NCBI GenBank assembly: GCA_963815455.1
Contig: CAWFGO010000002.1
Span: 512,001 to 576,000 of the forward strand
DNA length: 64,000 nucleotides
Direction: 5' to 3'
Source of the DNA: an uncultured Verrucomicrobiae bacterium
GTDB taxonomy: Bacteria; Verrucomicrobiota; Verrucomicrobiia; Chthoniobacterales; UBA10450
The notes under the pieces were generated by a model. The model was given only the letters and a program-made list of their open reading frames with translations. It searched no databases and was not told the DNA's origin. Every line of letters begins with the position of its first letter. Position 1 is the stretch's first letter. Positions 46,371-57,590 of this stretch are shown here, piece by piece. A program made the translations under genes and the position numbers.

Positions 46371-47903
46371 CTAAACGCGCACTAATAAATTGCGGCCGGT
46401 CATTTCCTTTGGCGGCGCCATCCCGAGCAAAAACAACAATGTCGGGGCGACATCGGCCAGGATCCCGTTTTCAACTTTAAACTGCGCAGCGTCCTGGGCC
46501 ACGTAAATGCAATGCACGAGATTTGTTGTGTGTGCTGTATTGGGTGAGCCGTCGGGGTTGCGCATTTGTTCGCAATTGCCGTGATCGGCGGTGACGAGGC
46601 ATTTTCCATCGAGCTCAAGGAGTTTTGGGATAATTCGGCCACAGCATTCATCCACCGTCTCGACCGCTTTGATTCCTGCTGCCACGATTCCGGTGTGACC
46701 GACCATGTCGGGATTGGCGAAATTTAAGATGATGAGTTCGTAATTCGCCATGCACCCGATGAGTTGTTCGGTAAGCTCGCGCGCACTCATTTCCGGTTTG
46801 AGATCGTAAGTCGCGACTTTGGGGGACGGGACAAGCTTACGGTCTTCGCCAGGAAATGGCCGCTCGATCCCGCCGTTAAAGAAATATGTAACGTGGGCGT
46901 ATTTTTCCGTCTCGGCGATCCGCAGTTGCTTCTTTCCAGCTGTGCTCACGACGTCGCCCAAAAGGTGAACCAGTTTTTCGGGCGAGAAAATGAACGGCGA
47001 AGGATAGGTCGAATCATATTGCGTGAGCGTAACGAAGTGGACTTGCGGCCATTTCTCTCGATCGAAGCCATTGAAATCCTTGAGTAGGAAAGCTTGAGAC
47101 AGTTGTCGCGCGCGATCGGCGCGGAAATTGAAAAACAAAACCGTGTCACCGTCGCGAACGCGTTGTTCGTTCGCGTGAGCGAAAACCAGCGGCGGAAGAA
47201 ACTCATCGGTCTTCCCGTCTTTGTATAGTCGATCCACCGCGGCCGACGGCGACGACTGGCCCCTTTCGCCCCGGCCCAACACAATCGCATCCCACGCTTT
47301 TTTGGTTCGATCCCAGCGGTGGTCTCGATCCATCGCGAAGTACCGTCCTACCACGGTGACGATCTCAGCGCCGCTGTTCCGCAACTGTTCCTCGCATGTT
47401 CGCAAAAATCCGGCCCCCCCGGTCGGCGAGGTATCGCGTCCGTCGGTAAAGGCGTGGACGAAAATCTCGGTAACGCCCGCGGCATGTGCCGCGTTAGCCA
47501 GAGCGATAAGATGGGAGTAATGGCTGTGCACTCCGCCATCGGAAACGAGACCTAACAAGTGGAGGCGTCGGCCACGCGCCGAAGCGAATGCTTCCTGAAC
47601 CACTCGATTGCGCTCCAATTCGCCTTCCGCGATCGCCTTGTTTATCCGGGTCAGGTCCTGGTAAACAATCCGGCCCGCGCCCAGATTTAGATGGCCGACC
47701 TCTGAGTTGCCCATTTGTCCATCCGGCAAACCCACATCCGCTCCGCTGGCGCTCAATGTTCCCCCGGGATATTCGCGATAGAGCCGATCATGAAATGGCG
47801 TGCGGGCAAGCAAAGTGGCGTCGCCGTTTTCCGTCCGCTTCTCTTTTCCGCCCGGATTGATGCCCCACCCGTCTCGAATCAAGAGCATTACCGGAGCTGC
47901 CAT
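46371..47903 (-). CDS. gpmI: 2,3-bisphosphoglycerate-independent phosphoglycerate mutase
   Basis: DGWG, GQMGNSEVGH, SDGGVHSH, DGRDT, AETEKYAHVT, NPDMVGHTG and TADHGN motifs. Confidence 0.96.
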   Translation of the reverse strand: MAAPVMLLIRDGWGINPGGKEKRTENGDATLLARTPFHDRLYREYPGGTLSASGADVGLPDGQMGNSEVGHLNLGAGRIVYQDLTRINKAIAEGELERNRVVQEAFASARGRRLHLLGLVSDGGVHSHYSHLIALANAAHAAGVTEIFVHAFTDGRDTSPTGGAGFLRTCEEQLRNSGAEIVTVVGRYFAMDRDHRWDRTKKAWDAIVLGRGERGQSSPSAAVDRLYKDGKTDEFLPPLVFAHANEQRVRDGDTVLFFNFRADRARQLSQAFLLKDFNGFDREKWPQVHFVTLTQYDSTYPSPFIFSPEKLVHLLGDVVSTAGKKQLRIAETEKYAHVTYFFNGGIERPFPGEDRKLVPSPKVATYDLKPEMSARELTEQLIGCMANYELIILNFANPDMVGHTGIVAAGIKAVETVDECCGRIIPKLLELDGKCLVTADHGNCEQMRNPDGSPNTAHTTNLVHCIYVAQDAAQFKVENGILADVAPTLLFLLGMAPPKEMTGRNLLVRV

Positions 47904-47989
47904 ACCGAGGCACTCTGCCGACGATTAGCATTATCGACAAGGCGTTCTTTCGTTTGACAACGCCGGTGGCGCGCATTCACATCGCCTTC

Positions 47990-49255
47990 GTGAAGTGGCG
48001 CAACCAGTTACTGGCCCTTTTTTGTCTCATTGTCTTTGCCGGATTGGGAGTTCTCTATTTTCAGCACTGGGTCGTCCAAAAACCTTTCGGCATCATCTTG
48101 TTCGTCGGGGAAGGCCTGGCTCCAGGCCGGCTGGCTGCGACGCGTCTTTATCTGGGCGGGAGCGACACGCGGTTGGCGCTCGATTCGATGCCCCATGTGG
48201 CATTGCTCCGGAATCACTCAAAAGATTTTGCCACACCCGACCAGGCGGCAGCCGCGACAGCGATTGCGACCGGGGTAAAAGTAAATAATCGCTTGCTTGC
48301 CGTCGATGGCGATAAAAAGCAACTCACCAGCATTATCGAATTGGCCCGCGAACAAGGACGTGCCACTGGACTTGTCACCGATGCAAAGCTGACCAACCCG
48401 ACGAGTGCCGCGTTCTACGCGCATTCGGCGGACCCAAACGACGTTGACAGTATTGCCAGCAGCTTTGTCGACGGCGGGAGGATCGACATCGCCATGGGCG
48501 GTGGGCTCGCCCAATTTCTTCCGGCAGAAAAGGGCGGTTCGCGACAAGACGGGCGCGATCTTCTGCTCGAATTGCGCCGGGGGGGGTTCGATGTCGTCCG
48601 TACCCGAGCGGAACTGGAGGCGATTCCGGCGTGGCGGCGGTCGAAATTGTTCGGCGCCTTTAGCGACACCGAGCTGGCGTTCACAAATGAGGTCGAAGAG
48701 CGGGGACAGCAACCGAGCCTGTCCGACATGGTTAGGCGAGCGATTGAGCTACTTCAGTATAATCCCGGCGGATATTTGCTGGTAGTCGATGCGGGATTGA
48801 TGCGCAATGCTGCGCAGGAGAACAACGGCGAGCGAACGCTAAGCGAAACAGCGGAATTAGATCGCGCCGTTGCGGTGGCGCGGCGTTACGCCGGGGAAAG
48901 ATCGACAATTGTTGTTTGTGGCGACATGGCCATTGGCGGCATGAACTTGAATGGTTTTCCCTTTCGCAACGATAGCGGTATCGCGGTGTTCGGTCTGAAT
49001 TCCGCGGGACAGCCTTGGATCACATGGGCAGCCGGGCCAAATGGGGCACGATCGTACGGTGCGGCAAGGGTTCCGAATGAGCCGGCTAACGATCAGGAAA
49101 ACGTGGAACAGCCCGAGCCCGGATCGTTTTATACGAGGTGGGCCCTGCCAACTGTCGATGATACCATTGCCTTCGGCAGCGGCCGAGGAACCGAGCAGCT
49201 GCAAGGCTCACTGGATAACACGGCTGTCTTTGAGATCCTCCGCGACGAGCTTTAG
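47990..49255 (+). CDS. Alkaline-phosphatase-fold membrane-anchored protein with degenerate active site
   Basis: IILFVGEGL, PDQAAAATAIATGVK, ATGLVT, MGGG, LFGAF, PSLSDMVRRAIELL and GYLLVVDAG motifs. Confidence 0.8.
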   Translation: MKWRNQLLALFCLIVFAGLGVLYFQHWVVQKPFGIILFVGEGLAPGRLAATRLYLGGSDTRLALDSMPHVALLRNHSKDFATPDQAAAATAIATGVKVNNRLLAVDGDKKQLTSIIELAREQGRATGLVTDAKLTNPTSAAFYAHSADPNDVDSIASSFVDGGRIDIAMGGGLAQFLPAEKGGSRQDGRDLLLELRRGGFDVVRTRAELEAIPAWRRSKLFGAFSDTELAFTNEVEERGQQPSLSDMVRRAIELLQYNPGGYLLVVDAGLMRNAAQENNGERTLSETAELDRAVAVARRYAGERSTIVVCGDMAIGGMNLNGFPFRNDSGIAVFGLNSAGQPWITWAAGPNGARSYGAARVPNEPANDQENVEQPEPGSFYTRWALPTVDDTIAFGSGRGTEQLQGSLDNTAVFEILRDEL

Positions 49256-49285
49256 GCAACGGCATTTCGCCAATCGCAGAAAAAC

Positions 49286-49325
49286 AAAAAGCCCGTCGAC
49301 CAGATATTCCGATCGACGGGCCTTT
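49286..49325. terminator. Terminator between convergent genes
   Basis: AAAAAGCCCGTCGA...TCGACGGGCCTTT. Confidence 0.65.
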
Positions 49326-49338
49326 GGAAAGGAAACTG

Positions 49339-50682
49339 TTATGGGCCCGGGCTAACCGGCGTCACCAATGGAACAAACGTGAAGGGCGGTGGTGGCGGCA
49401 GCGGCGTCAGCGGGCCTTCGGCCGGTGCTGGCTCTTCAGCCGGAGTTTCTTTGCTATCTTTGAAATCCTTGCCCTCCGCTACCTCTTTGCCGTCGCCGAA
49501 ATCCTTGCCCTCATAGGTCTCAGAATTTTCTCCGCGACCGGTGCTGGTCATGTTAGCAGCGATGAGATTTTGCGGTTCGCCGCCACCAAAGCCGGCGATC
49601 TCCGCAACTGAGAATGTCGTATCCTCCTGCGCTGCCGGAGTCCACTTCACCATGATATAACGACCGGCTGTAACCGGAAAATCGACCGCTGCTCGTCCGC
49701 TGCTGTCATCAACGACAGAGCCCACGGGCTTCAATTCCGCCAGCAGGTTTTCATCGAGATGAAGCGTCTTAGGCGCAGCGTCCGAACCGGGCAGTGACTG
49801 GAGCACATAAAAATCCATGGTTCCCTGACGTCGCGAATACAGCGCGGAAATTCGGCGAACGGGCACCACCTTGCCCAGATCGACGATCGCGATCGGCGCG
49901 CTATCGGTAGACGAGAACGTAAAACCCGTCGCCGGTTGACTGTCGATCATGTTATTGGCCAGGTTCAGATCGTCGCCCGAGCTCACGTAAAGCACGCGAG
50001 ACTTTGAGTGCAGATCGGTGAGATTATAGCTGATCAGCGCGAAGCTGTCGGACCGGTTTTGCAGACTGACCTTGCGCAACCGCGGCATGGTAAAATCAGA
50101 CACGGCCGGCGTCGAGTACACACCCAATCCAGCCATGCGGCCGGGCTCGGTTATATCAAACGTCAGTCGAACGTACTTCGCTTCGCTTGGGCCGATTTTC
50201 GCCTTCACGATATCAGAGTTCAGTTCCTGCTGTGAAACGTCGTGCCATTGCGGGCTGTCCGCCGGCAGTTTCGCGCTCGCCGTGGCAATGTTGACACTGC
50301 CTTTGGCGCCGCGGTTCAGAAAGGAAATGCTGTCGACGTTTTCGATTTTTGGAAAGGAAATGAGCAATCTAGTCGCGCCGCTTGGCAGCGCATAACCAAC
50401 AGTCGGGTCGTCGCACAGGAGCGCTGCTTCAGCCGTATTGGTGTCTTCAGAATTGGAGCTGAGCTGCAAACCGGTAATCGAAGTGCTTTGCGGGGCGGCC
50501 TCAACTTCCGCTCCGAGGTGGTACCGGGCCAGATTTTCCGGATATGCCGGGGCTTGAGCCACGGTAAGCGGGGGAACCTTTTGCAACACTAATTCTGCCG
50601 CAATTAGTCCAGAGGCGTTCGCGAGAATCACGCCGCAGAAAAGACCACCGGCCTTGACGAAGAAAGAAGAAGGTGCGTTCAT
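49339..50682 (-). CDS. Secreted hypothetical protein with two discoidin/galactose-binding-like domains and a Lys/Asp-rich plus Pro-rich tail
   Basis: Signal-like N-terminus; NLAR...AKYVRLTF and NMID...IVDLGKVVPVRRI...GRYIMVKW; tail YEGKDFGDGKEVAEGKDFKDSKE. Confidence 0.6.
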   Translation of the reverse strand: MNAPSSFFVKAGGLFCGVILANASGLIAAELVLQKVPPLTVAQAPAYPENLARYHLGAEVEAAPQSTSITGLQLSSNSEDTNTAEAALLCDDPTVGYALPSGATRLLISFPKIENVDSISFLNRGAKGSVNIATASAKLPADSPQWHDVSQQELNSDIVKAKIGPSEAKYVRLTFDITEPGRMAGLGVYSTPAVSDFTMPRLRKVSLQNRSDSFALISYNLTDLHSKSRVLYVSSGDDLNLANNMIDSQPATGFTFSSTDSAPIAIVDLGKVVPVRRISALYSRRQGTMDFYVLQSLPGSDAAPKTLHLDENLLAELKPVGSVVDDSSGRAAVDFPVTAGRYIMVKWTPAAQEDTTFSVAEIAGFGGGEPQNLIAANMTSTGRGENSETYEGKDFGDGKEVAEGKDFKDSKETPAEEPAPAEGPLTPLPPPPPFTFVPLVTPVSPGP

Positions 50683-50930
50683 AATTTCCATAGTTTCAAA
50701 AAAGATGATATTACGCCGGTCTTCCTTTGGCAATACAAATCTTCGTCACCCCGGGATTTTTTTTCCGCCCCATCCCAACCCCAATCCTCACTCGCCTTTT
50801 GTAACTCAAATGGCCTCGCTTGTCGATCTTTCAATGACGCCAGGAGTGCAAAAAACCAGCCCTCAATTGAATCAATGGGGACGAACAGCTAAAGCCAGGT
50901 TTCTAGACGGACTCGGCGTCCGACCAAAGT

Positions 50931-51506
50931 CTAATTGCTCGCGTAAAGCCCGGTGCTAATAGCGCGATATTTCCGGGGACCGGAATAGGCGTAGAGCGGA
51001 ATGTAAGATCGGGTTCCCAAGCGATCGGAGCGGCAGGCCGCCCGTTTAATGGTAGGATCGAGCACGTACTTTCCCGAATCGGTCGTCCATTCCAGCCAGG
51101 CGTGTGTCTTGCGGCTCGTCCATGAGCGCTTGCCAATGACCAGCCGCACATTCTCGGCGCCTTGGGCTTGCATTCGATAATAGAGGGCAACCGCCTTGCC
51201 CTTGCAGTCTGCCGCCGGGCTCGCTTCAACCTCGGAGGGGGTCTTCCACTGAGGGCTAAACCCGTAAGGAATCGCCCGGAGATCCTTGATCCAGTGATTA
51301 ACAATGGCCAGGGAAAGGTTGTGGTTAGGGGCTTCAGGCTCGGTAAAGAGGACCGGTCGGATTCGAGTCATTTGCCTGTCGTAGGGTGTAGAATTCACAC
51401 TGAGGTAGAAAGCGTCCGCGAAACAGGAAGCGGAGAGACAGATCAAACCGGCGATAACGAGGAGGATCTTTTTGACCGGGTAAGGATAGATGCTTATTAG
51501 AATCAT
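50931..51506 (-). CDS. Bacterial transglutaminase-like cysteine peptidase (BTLCP/LapG-like); start uncertain
   Basis: WKTP.E...ADCKGKA...HAWL...VLD (Cys-His-Asp); hydrophobic N-terminus. Confidence 0.7.
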   Translation of the reverse strand: MILISIYPYPVKKILLVIAGLICLSASCFADAFYLSVNSTPYDRQMTRIRPVLFTEPEAPNHNLSLAIVNHWIKDLRAIPYGFSPQWKTPSEVEASPAADCKGKAVALYYRMQAQGAENVRLVIGKRSWTSRKTHAWLEWTTDSGKYVLDPTIKRAACRSDRLGTRSYIPLYAYSGPRKYRAISTGLYASN

Positions 51507-51580
51507 AGAATCTATGGTTCTTATAAGCACCGCCCGTGCCAAGCCCTTTGCCGTGCCCGCGCGACCAGGCCTATTCGACA

Positions 51581-51718
51581 GGAAGAACGGCTCTAAACCC
51601 CGAGCCGGCGCTGCCGGGCCCTACCAATAATGCGACTGTTGCTCGCGATGGAAGAACGGCTCTAAACCCCGAGCCGGCGCTGCCGGGCCCTACCAATAAT
51701 GCGACTGTTGCTCGCGAT
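51581..51718. repeat. Perfect 69-bp tandem duplication covering the 3' end of the epimerase gene
   Basis: 51581-51649 is identical to 51650-51718. Confidence 0.9.
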
Positions 51719-52685
51719 AATAGGCTACGGTCCGAGGCAGCCCCTCTCTTAGAGAAATCTCTGGTCGCCACCCAAGCGCCCTGTCGATCTTCCGATAATC
51801 GCTGTAGTAATCGCCGATATCGATCGCTTCTCTGTCGGCGGGGAAGGGAACAACTTCATAGTCGCCGCTTCCGTTTAGCTCGATCAATAGCGCTGCCAAC
51901 TCTCGCAAGCTGATCTGCTCATGGTGACCCAGATTGAAGACGTGACCTTCCGCCTCCCTCTTTGCCGCCGACATCAGCAGCGCTTCAACCACGTCATCGA
52001 CAAAGTTGAAGTCGCGCCGCTGCTCGCCTGTTCCGAAAACCTGAATGGGCTTGCCTTCAATTAGATTGCGGATCCAGACTCCGAGAAATGTCTGGCGCGC
52101 ATCTTTCACCCTCATGCCGGGCCCGTAGGTGTTGGTCAGGCGCAGGGCGCAGGCGCGGATTCCGTAAACATGATTGTAGAGCAGGTGGTACCATTCGCCG
52201 GCGAGTTTGTTGATGCCATTCACATCGATTGGGTTGAGAGGATGCTTCTCGTCCACCGGCAGATACTGTGGACGGCCATAAACTTGCCGGGTGCTGGCGA
52301 ATACAATTTTTACGTTCCGATTGTGGAGGCGGCAGGCCTCGAGGATCGACAACTGCGCCGCCGCGTTGATGTTCAAATCGGTCAGCGGATCGGTCATAGA
52401 ATCCAAATGGCTGGTTTGGCCGGCGAGGTTAAAAAGAAAATGGCGGCCCTCGATCAGGGAGGACATGGCCCGCGCATCCCGAACATCGGAAAGCTCCACG
52501 GTTACATCCTCTCGAATGTCGTGAATATTGAAGAGGTTGCCGCCGTACTCCGGGATCAAGCTGTCCACCAAAGTAATTTTCGCGCCCAGACCGAGAAGAC
52601 GCCGCGCCAGCGAAGAACCGATGAAACCGAGGCCGCCTGTGATGAGCACATCCGCCTCGGAAAATATCTTGTCATCGAAGGGCAC
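51690..52685 (-). CDS. NAD-dependent epimerase/dehydratase
   Basis: ITGGLGFIGS, FNLAGQ, ASTRQVYG, RLTNTYGP and RDFNFVDD motifs. Confidence 0.9.
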   Translation of the reverse strand: MPFDDKIFSEADVLITGGLGFIGSSLARRLLGLGAKITLVDSLIPEYGGNLFNIHDIREDVTVELSDVRDARAMSSLIEGRHFLFNLAGQTSHLDSMTDPLTDLNINAAAQLSILEACRLHNRNVKIVFASTRQVYGRPQYLPVDEKHPLNPIDVNGINKLAGEWYHLLYNHVYGIRACALRLTNTYGPGMRVKDARQTFLGVWIRNLIEGKPIQVFGTGEQRRDFNFVDDVVEALLMSAAKREAEGHVFNLGHHEQISLRELAALLIELNGSGDYEVVPFPADREAIDIGDYYSDYRKIDRALGWRPEISLREGLPRTVAYYREQQSHYW

Positions 52686-52773
52686 AGTGAATTGTAGGTT
52701 TGAGATGAAAAGATTTTCGATAACTTTTTCGCGCTTTTTTTGCGAAAATCCGCCAAACTCGCTCTTCGAGCCA

Positions 52774-53785
52774 ATGAATCACCAACCAGCAGCCCAACGG
52801 ACTCCAGAGTTGTCCCTGGTAATTCCTGTTTACAACGGGAGCCAGACTATCGAATCGCTGGTCGAGCACATCCACGTCGTTTTCGCCTCGATGGAGATCG
52901 AAGTCATACTTGTAAATGACGGTTCAAAGGACGACAGCGAAGGCGTTTGCGCGGCACTGGCTCGGAAATTTCCGGCGACAATAACGTTCGTCCATTTGAG
53001 TAGAAACTTCGGCGAACACAACGCGGTTCTCGCGGGGCTGAGTCTATACGCGGGGCAAATATGTAGCGGTGCTCGACGACGACGGTCAGAACCCGCCGGA
53101 AGAAGTGCAGCCGATGCTACTGGAACTGAAGCGAGGAAATTACGACGTCGTTTATGGCCATTACATCGACAAGCAACATTCGTGGTTTCGTAATGCCGGA
53201 AGCCTGTTCAACGACCGGATAGCCTCTCTGATGCTGGACAAGCCCAAGGAGATCTATCTTTCCAGTTTCAAAGTGATGACTCGCTTTGTTGTCGATGAAA
53301 TCGTCAAATATCGAGGGCCATTTCCCTACATTGATGGCCTGATTTACCGCACGATCCGCAAGATCGGCCAGATACCGGTGGAACATCGGGCCAACACCAG
53401 CGGGCCATCTCGCTACACGTTCCGAAAGCTGGTCGGGCTTTGGTTAAACATGTTCCTGAACTTCTCCGTCGCGCCGCTGCGGGTTGCAGTTTACGTCGGC
53501 CTGACCACCTCGTGCCTGAGCGTCTTAGCTCTCCTCTACATCTTGATCGACAAGCTTTGGATCACCCCGGGCGTAACTGTAGGAATTCCGACCGTGCTTG
53601 GCGCTATTATTTTCCTTTCCGGCGTTCAATTGATGGTGCTCGGTCTGGTGGGCGAATATCTCGGCCGGCTCTATCTGGATCAGACCGGCACGCCTCAATA
53701 TGTCGTACGCTACGCGGCCGGAGCCAATGCAAAAAATCGGATGTCGCGAGCCGTGCAGGCAGATGTCGACCCTGTCGGAGGATGA
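52774..53785 (+). CDS. GT2 glycosyltransferase (ArnC/GtrB-like), frameshifted near 53045
   Basis: SLVIPVYN, VNDGSKD, SRNFGEHNAVLAGL, then in the next frame LDDDGQNPPE...GLVGEYLGRLY. Confidence 0.85.
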
Positions 53786-54392
53786 AGAGCGGATTGCTGT
53801 TCAACTGTATCCAAGAACTGTTTTCCAAGGGATACGGTCTGATAACAGGAGCCGATCCATACCCGTTACGTTCTCTCCTAAGGAAAGAATATGAAGAACG
53901 TCGTCCGGAAAGGATCCTCGATGTCGGCTGCGGCAGCGGTTGTTACGCTGTGTCCGGCTATGATTATCTCGGGATCGATCCGAACGCACACTACGTCGCC
54001 TTTTGCCGTCGTAACCGGCCCGGCCAATTCGAGCAAATGTCGGCCGAACATCTCGATCTTCCCGACCGAGCGTTCGATGTCGTGCTCTGCCTGAGTGTGG
54101 GCCACCATCTTCCCGACGATTCACTTCGGCGCGTATGCCGCGAAATTAAGCGAGTCCTGACCGATGACGGCGTTTTGATTTTTCCGATCCCGTCCGGCCA
54201 ATTGTGCGATTACGGCCGATCGCCGCCCTTCTCGAATGGCTTGATGAGGGGAATTGGTTTCGTGAAGAAAAGGATTATGTCGATCTGCTTCGCCATGAAT
54301 TTTTGATCGAGCGGAAACAAAAGATTACCGATCAGTTCTATCAAACGCTGGTTATTTTCTGCCGAAAAGAAACAACCTATGCGACCCGCTGA
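53782..54392 (+). CDS. Class I SAM-dependent methyltransferase, frameshifted
   Basis: ILDVGCGSG, GIDPN, FDVVLC...HHL...RVL; C-terminus continues in another frame. Confidence 0.75.
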
Positions 54393-55123
54393 ATACGAAA
54401 TCATGTTTCGGGGGAGGAAACGCATTGGTGGTATCGTGCCTTGCATCGGTTGATTTTTGACATCTGGACAAAGAACTCCCTCTCTGGCGCGACCACGCCA
54501 TTCTGGACGCGGGCTGCGGCACGGCATGATTTTGCAACAGCTCGGGAAATCCGGTAAAAAATGTCGGGGATCGATCTTGCCCCGGAGGCGATTGAGTTCT
54601 GTCGTCGGCGCGGGTTGACCAATGTTCAACAAGCCGATATCTGCGCCCTGCCTTTTGCGAAGCCACCTTCGATGTCGTTATCTGCTCGAGCGTGCTTTAC
54701 CACCAATGGGTGAAGGACGTGGAGGGTGCATTGCGCGAGTTTCGGCGCGTCCTTCGTCCGGCGGATTATTGCTTGTGAATGTCCCAGCTTTTCGGTTTCT
54801 CTACAGTGCGCATGACGATGCCGTAATGACGGCGCATCGTTTCAAAAAGACCGAAATACGTTCGTTGCTGCTTTTGAAGAACCAGATTTGCGATTCGCGA
54901 ATTGACCTACTGGACGACCTCTTTTCCCATTCGCAGTCATCGCGCGGACCCTGGGTGGATCGAAGCACGGGACGGGACTTTCAGACATCCGGCCGTTGAC
55001 AAATCGTCTATTCGCGAGCGTTATGGCGGTGGAGCTCTGGCTCCTGCAGCGGATCGGTCTGCCGTTGGGAGTCGCACTTTTTGCATTGCTGAAAAACGGA
55101 ACGCCGCTTCTGCAACCGTTTGA
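54379..55123 (+). CDS. Class I SAM-dependent methyltransferase, multiply frameshifted; end approximate
   Basis: MRPAEYEIMF / HWWYRALH / ILDAGCGT / FDVVICSSVLYH / LLVNVPAFRFLYSAHD fragments in different frames. Confidence 0.7.
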
Positions 55124-57590
55124 TGATCGGCGACCCGAAAGACGAAGATCGAATCGCACGGGACTACCGCCGGAGGTCGCCAACAGATCGGCGATCGACT
55201 CGCTCTCGTTCGCGAACCTCCCGCTGAGTGCTCTGCTATTGCTTCTCCTCGGCCTGCTGGTCTTTCGCGATTTCGTCTTTGGAGACAAGGTCCTCCTGTA
55301 TAAGGAAGTCGGCAGCGACTCTCTGAACGATTACTTCCCGACTTTCGCCCATCTTTCTGATTACCTCCGCACAAGCGGGCTTCCCTCCTGGTCTTTTTCG
55401 GTCGGGATGGGCCAAAATCTTATCTATCTCATCGGTTATCTCGTGTTGGACCCGGTGGTGTGGCTTCCAAAAATCGATCATTCCCCTATGCTCTCGTGTT
55501 TCAGCATCTGGCAAAGAGCGTCGTCGCTGGTTGCTATTTTTGAGATTTCTTCAACTGCGTGGCCTGATCTTTCGAGCCTCGCTGGCGGGTTCTCTGCTGC
55601 TCTCTTTTTCGGCTTTCATGTGCATTGGAGCTGCTGGATCGTTTTTGCCGACGAAATTGTTTGCTTTACTTTTGTGCTATTCGCCGTGGAAGACGGCAAT
55701 TCGGGCGGCCGATGGGTTCTGTTCGCTACGCGGTCGCGTCTTGTCAGCTTGATCACTGTTTTTCATCTTTATCTTTGCGCCGTATTGCTCAGCTTCTATC
55801 TGCCAGCTTCGGCTGATCGAACTATATGGCTGGAAACCGGCAGGGCTATTATCGCGTCTTGCGCTCAGCTCGCGGCCGTATGCTTTCCTTGGCGATTGGT
55901 CTGGCGAGCGTAATCTGTCTTGGACAATGCCTACAGCGATTCTGAACAGCTCCTCGCGGTTCGGGTCACAATTGCCACACAGCTGGGCAGTCCCCGCGCT
56001 CAGTCTCCAGCTTGAATCGGCCAGCTCACTACATCACAGCCGGCTTGAGGGCATTCTCCAACGATATGTTGGCCGGGAATGATTTTCACGGCTGGGGAAA
56101 TTATCTCGAAGCCCCTATTCTGTATTGTGGCCTCTTCTGTCTGCTCATGCTTCCGCAGGTGTTCGTTGCTGCAACGCACGGCAGCGCCTTCTCTATGGCG
56201 GATTCCTCTGCTTCATGATTGTGCCTATTCTATTTCCCTGGTTCCGATATCTTTTTTGGCTTTTCCAAGGCGGATACTTATCGGACATTTTCGCTATTCT
56301 CGGTCTTCGGGCTCATCACTTTGAGCATGACGGCCTTCTCACGCTATAGCGAAGGCCGCGGCTTCAATCTTTGGGTTCTGGGCGTCACGTTGTTGGTCTT
56401 GGTTGGATTTCTTTACCTGCCGGTGGCTCAAATACAGAGCTTCATTGATCCAACCCTTAGGCAAACGGCGGCGATTTTTCCTGCTTGGATATGGCGGCCC
56501 TCCTGGCGGCAGGTCAGTTACTCAAAAGACAAGGCATTGCTGCCTGGATCATCCTGGCTCTGATCGGCGGCGGAACTGATTCATTTTGATCAAATCACAG
56601 TTTCCAGTCAGCCAACGGTCACCAAACAGGAATTAAAACAACGCGTCGGCTACAATGACCAAACCGTCGATGCCGTTCGCGATCTCAAGCAGAACGACAA
56701 GAGCTTCTTCCGAATCAGGAAAACGTGGCCTCCGAGTCCGGCAGATCTATCCGAGTTTCAATGATGCAATGGTGTTCGGCTACTACGGAACTTCCTCCTA
56801 CAGCTCCTTCAACAATGTCAATTACATCAAATTTCTGATGGCCGTGGATGCCGTCTCCAGGTCGGACCTCGCGACCGAGACGACAGTGGTCGACGCGGAT
56901 TGATCGGTCAGCCGCTACTCTCGACTTTCGCCTGCGAAAAATATGTGCTCACAAAAAACCCGATTCCCTTCAAAACTGCGGATTACTACGAATTGGTTCG
57001 ATCGCTACGGAGACGTATATCTTTTCCGAAATCAGCTCTTCTTACCCCTGGGCCTGACTTTCAGCCATTATATCTCCGAAGGAGATGTTTATGCAGTTGC
57101 CCAGCGACTGGGCCAAGCCGTTGGCCTTGCTTCATTCCGTGGTGCTTTCGGATAAAGACGCCAGAGACGGGCAAGGTCTTTCACCGCTGGGCACGCAGGA
57201 ATTAAAGCGGAAGATGATCGAAACCCCACTTCCGGACATTGTCGCCGGAGCGCAGGAGCACGGCCCTTAATACTCGCTCGTTCAGCCAGACACGAATCGA
57301 GGGAACCGTCCGCGCCGATCGAGAAAGTATTCTGGTGCTTCAGACCCCATTCGATCCCGGCTGGCACGCCTTTATTGATGGTCAGCCGGCGCCCACGTTA
57401 AGGGTGGACATCGGACCTGCTCGGTGTCGCATCGGTCAGGGCGAGCACACGAGTTGAACTGCGCTATCGCCCTCCCTTGCTTTACGCCGGGCGCCGCCGT
57501 GACACTGCTCTCCTGCTGTCATCTTTTTCTGGAGCTTGTGGAAGTGGCCCCGGATTCGCCTGCCTTCATCTCCGAAAATGAAAATTGTTA
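55120..57590 (+). CDS. YfhO-family (GT-C) membrane protein, heavily frameshifted; ends approximate
   Basis: FRDFVFGDKVLLYKEVGSDS...WSFSVGMGQ, NYLEAPILYCG, FGYYGTSSYSSFN, LVLQTPFDPGWHAFIDG fragments. Confidence 0.65.
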
